A stretch of 64,000 nt of DNA, taken from the NCBI GenBank assembly GCA_001600815.1, contig BCKZ01000008.1, positions 558,001 through 622,000 on the forward strand. The letters run 5' to 3'. The notes under the pieces are model-generated. The model searched no databases, was not told the origin of the DNA, and saw only the letters and a list, made by a program, of their open reading frames with translations. Source of the stretch: Alloascoidea hylecoeti. Taxonomy: Eukaryota. A program made the translations under genes and the position numbers. Shown here one piece after another: positions 52,149-64,000 of the stretch. Each line of letters begins with the position of its first letter. Position 1 is the first letter of the stretch.

Positions 52149-52662
52149 TTATAAATATAAATATAAATGATTTTTGATTTCAAATTTAAAGGACGCTTTC
52201 TTGATGAATTGAATATAATTGATTAGTTTTGATGTATTAACAGGTTTAAAGAAAAAGGAAATATAAAAAGAAATACCTTTTTTAATAATGCTATTGTTCG
52301 CTTTATATGTCAACAACTACTACGATTGGATAGAAATAACATACAATTTTTTTTGGCGGATATGAATATGAATGTGAGTATTGTATGGATATGTTTTTTC
52401 TTCAGTATTGCTACGCTTTATATAGACTGATTATAGTGGAGTCACTTATTATATATAGACTTCATTATAATTATAAATTGAGTTAAGTGTTTGAAATATG
52501 GATTTTTATTGCTAGTTTAATCTTATAATATAATATAGCTATGAGTAATTAGGATGTAGAATATGTTGTAACTATGTGCTGTCTTAAAACAGATGAATAT
52601 CAGTTGAGTATATACAGTGAGAATAACATTTTATGGTTGTCTGTAACTGAAAATTGATATAA

Positions 52663-52845
52663 TTATGATGTATTGTTTGTGTTTGTGTTTGTGTTTCTGT
52701 CTGGAGAGATGGAAGTCTTTTTTTTATCATCCTCGACCAAAATGGCGGTGTACTTGTCTCCCAGATATGCAGCGCCAAAGATGACGGCACCGGTAACGAT
52801 TCTGATGGATTTCGGCAGAGCAGACCAGGATTCCAGGAAGCCCAT
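52663..52845 (-). CDS. 60-aa single-pass membrane microprotein of unknown function
   Basis: MGFLESWSALPKSIRIVTGAVIFGAAYLGDKY...; strong AAAACAATGG start context; GC-richer than its flanks. Confidence 0.65.
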   Translation of the reverse strand: MGFLESWSALPKSIRIVTGAVIFGAAYLGDKYTAILVEDDKKKTSISPDRNTNTNTNNTS

Positions 52846-52936
52846 TGTTTTTGCTATGGATATTAATATTATAATGTTTTGGAGTAAACGAAGAAAATGG
52901 AAACTGTGGTACTGGCTGAGTAACTGTGGGCACAGG

Positions 52937-52944
52937 CATGTGAC
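52937..52944. promoter_or_regulatory. E-box CATGTGA (UAS-INO/ICRE-like) upstream of the bHLH gene
   Basis: Motif about 50 bp upstream of the ATG at 52995. Confidence 0.35.
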
Positions 52945-52994
52945 AGGCATCAGTTCACAGAGCGTATAATGGCACTAATATTAGATTCTACCAT

Positions 52995-54404
52995 ATGAAT
53001 AACAATAATGATTACAACCAGCAGCTGCTGGATCTGGAATCTTCAAATACTGACTTCGAAGCTGCGTATCGCATCCTCACCGAAATGGATGCTCTCATGG
53101 GTGCCCAGTCCGTCCCCCTCTCCGCCCCCATACTGTCACCAGATCCCGATCCTCTGGCTGAAAATCTTAGCACTCCCTTCCCTTTCACCGATGATCACGA
53201 CATACCGCACGACTTCCAGTTCCAGCCTTTACTAAACGATGAAGAATCAAATGCTCTGGGTGCATTTTTCAGCAATATTGAAAACGAGACTGCTGCTGAA
53301 ATAGAGGAAGGCATATCTGCAGGTTTTGGACTCTCAGACCTTAATCCTTATAATGATCCCATTGTAAAACATGAAGAAAAACAAATGGTTCCTCATAGTT
53401 CTCTACCTTTTGGTACAGATGAATCTTTCAATTCAAACTCCCATAGACATCATAATGTTTCACATCCTACGAATTTAATTCCGATGCGGGATAACAACAA
53501 ACAACAGCAACAAGATTTGGAGAATTTCCACCTCAACGAAAGATATATAAGACAAGCTCAACAAAAACTAAAAGAGTTACAAGAATTACAGTTATTTTCG
53601 GATCATGCTTCTGTAGCACAATTACGAGAACCTATGAGAAACATTTGCCAACCTCCTACTAATAACCACAATAATCATAATAATAATGATCAAAATTACA
53701 ACCATAATTCTACTTCGAATATAAATGATAATGGAAACCTCAACCTCAATAATTTAAATAACCAATCTCAACAGAAATCACAGCAGGCTTTGTATAATCT
53801 ACATAATGATAATACCCCTCCACAAATTCACACCAATCGAAAGGATTTAATGCCCAACTTCAAAAGAAATGTAATATCAATAATACCTTTGACCCAACAA
53901 CAATCTTTATCTCAAAACAACCAATCTCAATCTCAACCTCAAAATAATATTCAATCTCAACCTCAACCTACATATAAACATGAACAACATCAACGTAATA
54001 AATCAATAAATGGTAATGATTTCAACAATACAGCCTCCCAGAAGAGAAAATCAAAACGTGAATATCTTTCAGAAGATCAAAAACGTCAAAACCACGTTAC
54101 AAGTGAGAAGAAAAGAAGAACAGTTATAAAAAATCAATTTGATACTTTATGTCAATTAACACCATCTGTACGTGCTGCAATGACATCTAATAATAATGAA
54201 AATGGTATAATTAATGACGCAGAGAGGGAAGATAGTACTGGTTCTTTTAATAATAATTTAACTAATATTGGAAACTCTGGAACTAATGGTATTGGTGGGA
54301 AAGGAAGATATTCTAAATGTGGTGTTTTAAATCAAGTTGCTGATTTTATGATTCAGCTACAAGATTCCAATAAGAAACTAAGAAAATTATTAGAAGAATC
54401 ATAA
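52995..54404 (+). CDS. bHLH transcription factor, Ino2/Ino4 (Yas2)-like
   Basis: LSEDQKRQNHVTSEKKRR basic region, helix 1 IKNQFDTLCQLTP, helix 2 SKCGVLNQVADFM; acidic N-terminus. Confidence 0.8.
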   Translation: MNNNNDYNQQLLDLESSNTDFEAAYRILTEMDALMGAQSVPLSAPILSPDPDPLAENLSTPFPFTDDHDIPHDFQFQPLLNDEESNALGAFFSNIENETAAEIEEGISAGFGLSDLNPYNDPIVKHEEKQMVPHSSLPFGTDESFNSNSHRHHNVSHPTNLIPMRDNNKQQQQDLENFHLNERYIRQAQQKLKELQELQLFSDHASVAQLREPMRNICQPPTNNHNNHNNNDQNYNHNSTSNINDNGNLNLNNLNNQSQQKSQQALYNLHNDNTPPQIHTNRKDLMPNFKRNVISIIPLTQQQSLSQNNQSQSQPQNNIQSQPQPTYKHEQHQRNKSINGNDFNNTASQKRKSKREYLSEDQKRQNHVTSEKKRRTVIKNQFDTLCQLTPSVRAAMTSNNNENGIINDAEREDSTGSFNNNLTNIGNSGTNGIGGKGRYSKCGVLNQVADFMIQLQDSNKKLRKLLEES

Positions 54405-55059
54405 AATAATATGTAAATTATATTCCTATTCATCATAAACAAGATTTAAAATCTTCGTTCAATACTTTATTTTAAAAATTATTAATTATTTACTATTGTC
54501 CCCTCTCTTCCAATATATACATAGATATATCATCAGCTTTGGATTACTTTCTTTAGAACATGTTGTTTAAAGTGAATTAATGACTGTAATTCATTCATTA
54601 TACACATAAATATATATTTATACGACTCTACGAAAACCCCTTTATGATTTATTTTAAAATTTTATTTTATTTTTTTTCTTTAATTTTTGTTTAATTTTTT
54701 AAAAACTAAAATATGTTATGTTAAATAATCAAATTATTCGTTGCCTTTTTTCCCCACCTTTTTTAAAAGTTATTCTTAATTTTAACAACCTTAAAAAACT
54801 TAATCTTGTGATATAACTCCCTTTTAAAAAGAGAATCATCTATTTAGATTTAATATATATATAAGTAGTTAATGATTGAGTATAATAGTATTATCGTCAT
54901 GATCAATTGTTTTTGTTATGAGGTTATAATAAAGTCTCTATCTCTTAAATAATATTTAACCTTAGGTAATTAATTAACATTAATTATAAGGTGTATGTTG
55001 ATTCCTTCGGTATAGTGAGCTCCTTCGTCAATGGAAAATCAACACACTTTTCAAAGATT

Positions 55060-55340
55060 CGAAAAATGTTTAGAAGTATAAACCTATGTATTTTTACAGA
55101 TTATGTGAAGAACTCGATGGTGCCTTCTTCATGCTCTCCAATATAGCAATCAGGACCTTTTCCTACTTTCCATCCTATCAGATCTGAGGTCTTTGGACCA
55201 TGAATTTTGGGATATTTTTGATTTAAAAATCACACTCCATGGCTTGTATTCATATTTGTCACATGCATAAGTACTAATTCAGCGATTTGAACCAGCTATC
55301 TACCATCCTTATCCTTTGCAAATAATCCTCAAAACTCGAT
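55060..55340 (+). mobile_element. Possible hAT transposase relic
   Basis: DYVK(+1 nt)TRW at 55099-55120 (cf. hAT DV.TRWNS), then LDHEFWDIF...LIQRFEPAIYHPYPL with stops. Confidence 0.4.
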
Positions 55341-55458
55341 AACGTGAGGCTGCTTGTAAACAATCTTCTTATTTATATCTAGTATTTACAACGGTTTACA
55401 ATGGTTGCTCAATGCTCATGATCATATGTCTAACTTGTTGATATCCGTTTAGAATTGC

Positions 55459-58102
55459 TTTTTTAAACTTTCATAAAAATTATTTAACTGGGAAAATCAC
55501 TTATATAGTGAAAAATCTCTCCCTCTTATTTAAATATCTATATTTTTTTCTTTTTTTCTTTTTTCAACTTCACATAATATTTGTGGGTGTGTCTGCATAT
55601 CTTATGTTCTTCCTTAAATCTAATGTCTTTTCTATAAATAGGCTCTTCCTTTCTTCAATATTTATTATAAATGCCCTGAATACTACTCTGTCATATCCTA
55701 GCATCGTTCTCTTTAGTATGTTTATGCTTGAGAATTCTTCAAACATATGTAGAATATCATCTTTTCCTTGTTGGCATAAACTACACATATGCATAGTTGA
55801 TTTGTTCGTTTATTTGGTTGAATCATATATGTTATATATCCTATGCTAAACAATTGAATCTATTACGCTTCCTCTGGGTTCTTCTTGTAAGCTTTTTGAT
55901 ATTTCCTTACTATTTATTTTAATTGTCGTTCTTTTTTTTTCCTGGGTATTCCTTCACCAATCCATTCGGTGTTACAATCACTTCAGTTTTTATATACATC
56001 CTTTGACTATCATATTTAATAGACTGTTTGGCAATTTCCTTACTTTCTACACCCTTAATTCTTTTCGTTAGTATTTTTTCTACAAGGTCATTATTAAATC
56101 TATTTATTGCTGCTTTGTCATTGGAGTTTTAGTGTCCATAAAACCTATATTCAGCTACCTGGTATCTGTTGCTAAGGTTCTCCATGACTGAGATTTTCTT
56201 TACCTAGACCACCTTTTAATTTTTTTTCTATTAGATATTTTTCACTTTTTTAAGTTTTCAGATATTAGAATCCCCCAACCAATCTCATTTAATATTTGTG
56301 GTGTCCCTGCAAATCTAATATTTTTTCTTAGCTCTAGTGCCTTTTTGATAAAAGCCCCATTTTTTTCTATATTGTTTTCTATATTGTTTTCTTTTGTATT
56401 TATGATCAATAATTTGATCCCAATTCTTTATCTTCCTAACATCATCTTCTTTAGTATTCTTATTGTTGAGCAATCTTCAAATAGATGTAATATGTCGTCT
56501 TTACCTTGTTGACATAAGCTACGATATCAGATTTTTGCCACCATTGTTTTGCATTTTTATTATGATGTAGCATATGAGTAACATATCCCAAGCTGAACAA
56601 ATGTATCCATTGTGTCTCCTCAGGGTGTTCCTTATATGTTTTTTTGATAAATCCCCACCATTTCTTCCAATTTTCATCTTTTAGTTCCGGAATTAAATTC
56701 ATTTGTTTGGTTTCAGTGTAATTTTGTTTTTATTATACCACTTCTGGCTTATTGATTTAATCGAGTATTTGGATATGTTTTCTTCTTCCATGTCTTTTAT
56801 TCTTTTTTCGATATCTTCTCCTGCTGGGTTTTCCACCAGTTTTTGTAACGCTTCATTTGTCAATTTTGGTACCGTTTCAGTAGTTGGTATATTTCTTATT
56901 TTTGTGTTATTTATTATTACTCTCCACGCTTTCAAGTATGTAATTAATCTCCCTTTAAACTTATTGTTCGGATTTACTGGAATAACTGAGTTTAAACTTA
57001 GGTTGGTATTATTTAATAAATCACCTACCAAAATATTATACCAGTGAAAATTCAACTCTGTATGATTATCTATTGAGTTCACCTTGCAATGCACTCAACA
57101 TCCAGCTGGCTTGGCGACCTAATAATTGTTTTCTTAGGTCGCTTAAACCAAAACAAACCACCAACTAAAATAGTTTTCAATTTTTTAAGAGCAATGGTTG
57201 TTGTCCAGATACCGCTTTTTTTGCTTCATTTTCTGTCTTCTCCATTGTTAGTTGTTGTGGAATTGGCCAAAATTCATTTAGAAACTATATTTTGGAGTAT
57301 ACATATGTATTTATATGTTTACACCCCTCTATGACCGTAATATCTTTAACTAATTGTTGTTTTATCATTTTAATTATTTTATTCTCGAACTCAGATCATT
57401 GAACTCCTAAAATGGGAACTCCAAGATAGATCATATTTTTTTCAGATCATCTGTTTTATAATTTAAAACTGATTTGAATATTCGATTTTCTCTTCTCCTT
57501 TGGTGTTCATTATTAAAATAATATATGGATGACTTTGATCGATTTACTTTTGAATCCGACACATTTTCAAATTCCTAGAGAGTGTCTTTTAGTAGGTTAT
57601 GTTCGTTTTTATTCAGCAATATGACGGACTAATCATCCGCGAAGGCTAGATTTTGAAAACGAATATTTGTCAGTGTCGAGAGTTCTATTCCTTTTAACCT
57701 ATGGCACAATAAGTTGGAGAGTGACTCCAAACATAAATTGATGATGGGTGCGACTGGGTTACCCTGCCTGTCACCTTTAGACATTTTGAAAAGCTCACCA
57801 ATATTCTCGTTTACTAGAACTTGACCCAGATTTTCACTAACCGTTGCACTCAACAAGTTCATGAATCTAGGGCCAAAGTTAGCCTTTTCAAACACTTCAC
57901 GAATATAAGTGGGTGAGAGACGTTCGTGGGCTTTTTGAAAGTCTATTACAACCATCGACAGTCCTTCGTCCGTCTCTTTCAAAGTTAGTTCCTTATTTTA
58001 AATTTTATCAATGCAGTTCATCATGAGTTCGACATTGTTCTTTAAATGTCGGTTCTGTATAAATCCAGTTTGTGTTTTGTTGATTAACTTCGGTATGACT
58101 TA
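55459..58102 (-). mobile_element. Degenerate 5'-truncated L1-clade non-LTR retrotransposon (Zorro/Ylli-like ORF2)
   Basis: RT motifs LINKTQTGFIQNR, IDFQKAHERL, GDRQGNPVAP, LAFADD, YLGVPI; C-terminal CSLC...DDILHMF zinc knuckle; many stops and frameshifts; short A-tail at 55459-55464. Confidence 0.88.
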
Positions 58103-58158
58103 CTTTCGTTGTGAAGCCTGAAATCTCATTCAGCATATATTAAAACGGCCACGAAAGT

Positions 58159-58230
58159 GCCTCCTTAGCTTAGTGGTAGAGCGTTGCACTTGTAATGCAA
58201 AGGTCGGCGGTTCAATTCCGCTAGGTGGCA
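58159..58230 (+). tRNA. tRNA-Thr(UGU), intronless
   Basis: GCCTCCT/AGGTGGC acceptor stem, D arm TAGCTTAGTGGTAGAGC, anticodon arm TTGCA-CTTGTAA-TGCAA, GGTTCAATTCC T-loop; T6 Pol III terminator at 58243-58248. Confidence 0.97.
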
Positions 58231-58802
58231 TTTGATAAACTATTTTTTCTGCTTTAAACCTCTAACATTAGTAAGAGGTATTTTTGCCTAGTAATAGGTC
58301 TTTTTATTTTCACAATTTTTTGGTTGTTATAACTATAGTATTTATAGAAAAAGCAGTTTAATATAGAGCCTTAATGGCCACTTGAAAAAAAAAAAAAATA
58401 GAAAAAGTAGAAAAAATAGGTTGAGTAGGTATCTATCTCAGATCGAAAACCTGCAACTCAGTTTGATTCTCGACTGCGGAAGTTGGGAAGTCGTTATCAG
58501 ACAGAAAGTAACGTCAGTCAGGCACCCGCGGGTTAGAGATTTTTCGGTCACTCGGTATATTCTGCACAAAGTCCAAATTAGTATAATTCCAATAAAGTTC
58601 CAATAACTTTCGTTTGATAAAAGTAAGATAAATGAAAAAATTCTTATAGGTAATTATTCGTTTTAAATTTAAAGTACACATTAAGAAATATAAAGAATAA
58701 AAAGGTGAAGATATTTAATTATGTAATTACATGAACTATATGATTTAAATAGTATTAACTAGTTGTTAAATTTAAGGTAATGATTATAATGGTTTTAAGA
58801 AA

Positions 58803-59366
58803 GGGTAAATCTGCGCGACCACTACTTTCAGCTAGGCAGCCACCACTTTTTTGAATTATGTAATACAAAATTTGACCCGGCTCATGTAATCAAATAATTG
58901 GCATGTAATTACCTTAGAATTTTTTCAACTAACTATGCAAAAAGGGTGTTGAGAAAAGTTCATCATAGTTAAGAAGTCAAGGATTGGGTGTTAGCTGTTA
59001 AGTCCCTTAATAAGGTAATGTATGCATGTATTTTTTGCATAACTTGCGATGGAGCAAGGAAAAAGTCCATATTTGACTTTACACGCCCCTCAACACAGTT
59101 TGATAAAATCCAGATAAGAAGGTGGTAATATTTATTTCCTATATATTTATCGGTGTTTGTCTTTGAATTGTCATTTAGTGCTGTTGGTGGTTTACCATGA
59201 TGGATCAAAAAAGAATGTTGGGAATGCACCCATATGCGGGTTTATTTAAGATGATTGCATATGCATAGTTAATTGACATTCTAAGATAATTATATGCTAA
59301 TTATTATGAGCCGGGTCAGATTTAGTATTACATAATCCAAAAAATAGTGGCCGCGCAGATTTACCC
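58803..59366. mobile_element. Non-autonomous Mutator-like element (MULE/MITE)
   Basis: About 110-135-bp imperfect TIRs starting GGGTAAATCTGCGCG / ending CGCGCAGATTTACCC; flanking 9-bp TSD TTTAAGAAA (58794-58802) / TTTAGGAAA (59367-59375). Confidence 0.88.
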
Positions 59367-59537
59367 TTTAGGAAATTCAAAATTGAAGAAGAAGAGAAAT
59401 TTTGTTAGATATCTCGAGAAGAAGCTTTACTAGCATGATGATTGTATCAATATAATGATTATCCAAACAACTAAATAAGAGTAAAAAGAGAAGGATTCGG
59501 TTTTGTGATGCTGATTCAAGAACCCAATAATGGGTGA

Positions 59538-60659
<1,122 letters not shown>

Positions 60660-60915
60660 ATCGAAATTTCAAACTAAATCTTAATTTTGGTTTTTGGTTT
60701 ATTTTATTCTTACGTTTTCACAAATATAACTTTGTAAATAGTTAGTATATTATATACTATTGTATGATTACATGAAAGACAAGAAACTAATTTGTAATTT
60801 AAGCTAAAGTGTATTAAAATCATAAAAACATACCAAATTATAAAAACAATCATCATGCTACTTTGAGAGTGGTATGATTAAAATGGTACCTGTAAGGCTG
60901 ATTTTATATATTTAT

Positions 60916-61573
60916 GGTTCCAAGAATTAAAAAGATAAAGCCTGGCCAGGTCGTCATTATTCCTAAGAACACTATGGAACCAGCTTACAAACAAATTGTT
61001 GAGTCAAAATATTAATCATATACCCCCGATATTTTGGAGCATATATTAAAATTTTTCAAGGGAAGATTCGGTTTAGAACGGTATTCCGATCCATGAATCG
61101 GGTTTAGTAATGGGTAATAAACTGACATAATACTGTATAGAATCCCTTGGAGGAAAGAAAAAAACGTTAAAAGAAATTGAAGTTATAACTGTCCTGGATA
61201 CAGCCCATATATCAGCATTAAAAGTTTCTCAAATGTTCAAGGAAATTAAATCCTATGGCGATTGGATTTAAACAGAAAAATGTCTTAATTTTTCATGATA
61301 TCATTACTCATAGTTCTACTTCAAAGGGAATCATTCGAATCGGGAAACACACATGGTTCCAAGAAAGTGCACCTCCCATTAGGCACAATCATATACGGTA
61401 TATAGTACTAATTTAGTTGATTCAAAAGCATCAGCTTCTCATGGTAGAATTGCAGAAGAAATTGGAGCTGATAAAACTATTTATCAAAAGTTTGATGTTC
61501 TCATGGTGATATTAATAAATTTGAAGTTGGTGTTTTCACAGTTCAACATGTCACTGGGGATGAAGAAGGGTAT
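60916..61573 (+). pseudogene. ADE4: Amidophosphoribosyltransferase (ADE4) pseudogene, C-terminal half
   Basis: Collinear fragments across frames: KPGQVVIIPKN, TVLDTAHISAL, STSKGIIR, APPIRHNH-YGI, IAEEIGADKTIYQ, KFEVGVFT..HVTGDEEGY; many stops and indels. Confidence 0.82.
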
Positions 61574-61810
61574 TCAAGTGTTAATTTATGAATGAGAGAA
61601 TCGGTGGTTATAATTTTTCTTTATAATTAGGATTATGAACATAATTAAACCGTAAAACAACAAAATGTACTCGTATATGCATAGAATAACAGTACTGGTA
61701 TAATTATAAAGCCTCGATAATTTCCACAATTGCAACCCCTTTATTTTCTAACTCTCATATTATAACTTTTAACCTTTAACCTTTAATTTTTTACCTTTTA
61801 ATTTTTTGAC

Positions 61811-63157
61811 ATGAATAATTTCCATTTCAATTTTCAAGATTCTGTATCTGATATAAATGAGACTAGTCAAGAAAATGATTTCCTTAATGTAAATAAATTG
61901 ACTGAATTATACAACGGTTTGGATTTAAACGTCTTAATTAGGATCTTAATGGTAAGTAATTTTTATTAAGAAAGAAGAGTTTGATTATGATATGCTATAA
62001 TTTTCCTTTCTTTAATAATATAGAATGAGTTTCCAATGCTTGATTCAGAATCCATATCAACCGTACTAGCCTATCATACAATCAAAACAATTAAAGAACT
62101 CAAATTGATCGATCCTACTATAAATATTTTTGATAAATCAACTATTAAGATTATTTTTGATAATGTTGAGTTGAAATCAATTAGGCAAGATTTGAATGAA
62201 TTTCAAAATCATAAGTTGTTGGTTATTGGTTTGGAGGATATTCAGTTGAAAAATGTTAATGGTGATGGTGGTGCTAAAAGTAATAATGTAAAGGATAGTT
62301 GCGATCGAGCGAATAATAGGAATTCATTGAAGTTGAATGGACTTTCAATTAATGAATCAGAAATCGTCCAAAATAATAATGATGATGTCTATGGATCTAA
62401 ATATAAGGATGATAAAGAAGAGGAAGTTTTGGTTTCAAACTCTCCTTTTCAAATATTGGATCCCAATTACAAAAAGCCAACGTTAAATGATAGTAGCAAA
62501 CTTAGGAAAAAAGCTTTAGAGTCAATGAATTCTAATATTAATATTAACGATAAAGATTGGGTAACAGTTAAAAAATCGCAATCAGCTGCAAAAAAAGTAT
62601 CAACTACTTTAGATAATGATATAATCAAGTCTAATTTAAACAAATCAAATGAATTATTCAACCAATGGTCAATTAAATATGATAACATTTTACAAAATAT
62701 GGATTATAACTCATTACCAGTAGTTCCTCCACATACAACAATTGATTTACATCATTTATCTGTTAAAAATACCAAAATAATTATGAATAAAATCCTTGAT
62801 ATTTGGTGGTTAAAAGAGAAAGAGAATCGAGATATTTATAAAATTAGAAATGTAACTAAACTTTTTATCATCACTGGAAAAGGGAATCATTCTAAAGATG
62901 GGAAATCAAAAATTAAAACTCATGTTCAAAAATTATTGAAAGGTCTGAATTTTAGATATAATTTGACGACTGATGGAGGTTGTTTTATAATTTATGATAA
63001 ATATATTGAGCGTAACTATAAAAATAATTACAACTACAATTATAGCAACAATAATACTAGCAATGATGAGGTACCGGCTTATTATGATCAGGATGGGGTA
63101 CCGATTTATGATCCTGATTCCAGTTCATCTGATTATGTATATGACCCATGGAGTTAA
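61811..63157 (+). CDS. CUE2: CUE/Smr-domain endonuclease, Cue2-like, 2 exons
   Basis: Intron 61952-62023; CUE-like LMNEFPMLD; Smr domain IDLHHL...IITGKGNHS; directly upstream of MIF2 as CUE2 is in S. cerevisiae (recalled). Confidence 0.72.
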
Positions 63158-63474
63158 GTCATTTCATTTTTTTAAATTTCTTTATTTTGGCCAAGGCATA
63201 ACATAATTATGGTCATAATCTAGTATATAAGTATAAAATATAAAATAATAATTGTATTAAAGAAGGAGGTTTATAAATATATCATAGTTAGTAGGTAACA
63301 CAACCGTGACAACCGACTTGACGTATATGCAGTTTTACATCCTTCGCGTTTTCCAACATCACCACCTTTCAAAACAACACTTCTACCTATTCCCCAGATC
63401 TCCTCCATATAAGTATATATACAACATTTTTAATTTATTTGTGCATATATATAAATCCTCTTGCTTTGGATAGT

Positions 63475-64000
63475 ATGGATGCATTAAATATAGGAATCAC
63501 TGGTCGCAAAACTGGGCTCAGAATTGAAGATACTGGAGAGAGAGATGAATACGGTATGGAGCCAATGGATGCCTTTTTCTCACCAGATGTTTCTAGGGCA
63601 GAACACAAGGGGAGTACGAAGAAAGGGCTTAGTGGTTCTGGCACCAAAAGGCAAAACTCTCGTGTTGGTATGTCACTTATATATTTCAAATCTTGGTTTT
63701 ATAATTATGCGACGCGTCAACTAGATTTGGGGGATATATATATCAATTGAAAATTTCATAACTAATTAAGAATACATTATAGACGGTGCTACTCCTTCTA
63801 CTCAAAAGAAAAGACAGAAAGATAGTGATAATCTTGCAAGAATTCTTGATTTTAAAAAGCATCCTCAGAATGGTAAAGTATGTTTAAAACTATAAACTTA
63901 ATTATTTATTTATTATTATACAAGCTTATACTAACAATTTATTTTTTCAAAATTTCAGTCTCTATTTGCTTCATATTCAGGTATGTGTATTTCTAGAATT
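63475..64000 (+). CDS. MIF2: Kinetochore protein Mif2/CENP-C, 5' part (continues beyond window)
   Basis: MDALNIGITGRKTGL...RDEYGMEPMDAFFS matches the Mif2 N-terminal motif; introns 63668-63782, about 63878-63958 and from 63981. Confidence 0.8.

Noticed and set aside
55508..57334. Plus-strand hydrophobic ORFs (55508, 56703, 57089)
   Set aside because: Antisense shadows of the A-rich LINE coding strand
59435..59514. Box C (ATGATGA) and box D (CTGA) spaced like a snoRNA
   Set aside because: No terminal stem and no recognisable rRNA-antisense guide; the motifs are common in AT-rich DNA

Overview
AT-rich, gene-dense nuclear DNA of a budding yeast (Saccharomycotina). It uses the standard code (CTG at 20046 is Leu in the conserved QNS1 GPELEI motif), has a Yarrowia-type PEX20 and many short spliceosomal introns, so an early-diverging lineage is likely (inference). 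About 22 protein genes are recognisable: RKR1, a pepsin-family protease, PEX20, SSP1/Meu14-like, MTM1, KOG1, PRO1, QNS1, PPE1, RLP7, TDA11-like, KEL1, ADE2, BTS1, ALG6, a SNQ2/PDR ABC transporter, NAR1, ZWF1, a 60-aa microprotein, an INO2-like bHLH, HEM2, CUE2-like and the 5' part of MIF2. There is also a tRNA-Thr(UGU) gene and an ADE4 pseudogene. The accessory content lies in two transposon-relic islands (about 27.5-30 kb and 55-59.4 kb). They hold a 5'-truncated L1-type non-LTR retrotransposon whose 5' end sits about 55-60 bp upstream of the tRNA gene, a second deleted copy of it, a 564-bp Mutator-type element with long TIRs and a 9-bp TSD, and possible hAT and Tc1/mariner relics. All calls come from reading the sequence by eye and recalled motifs; no searches were run.
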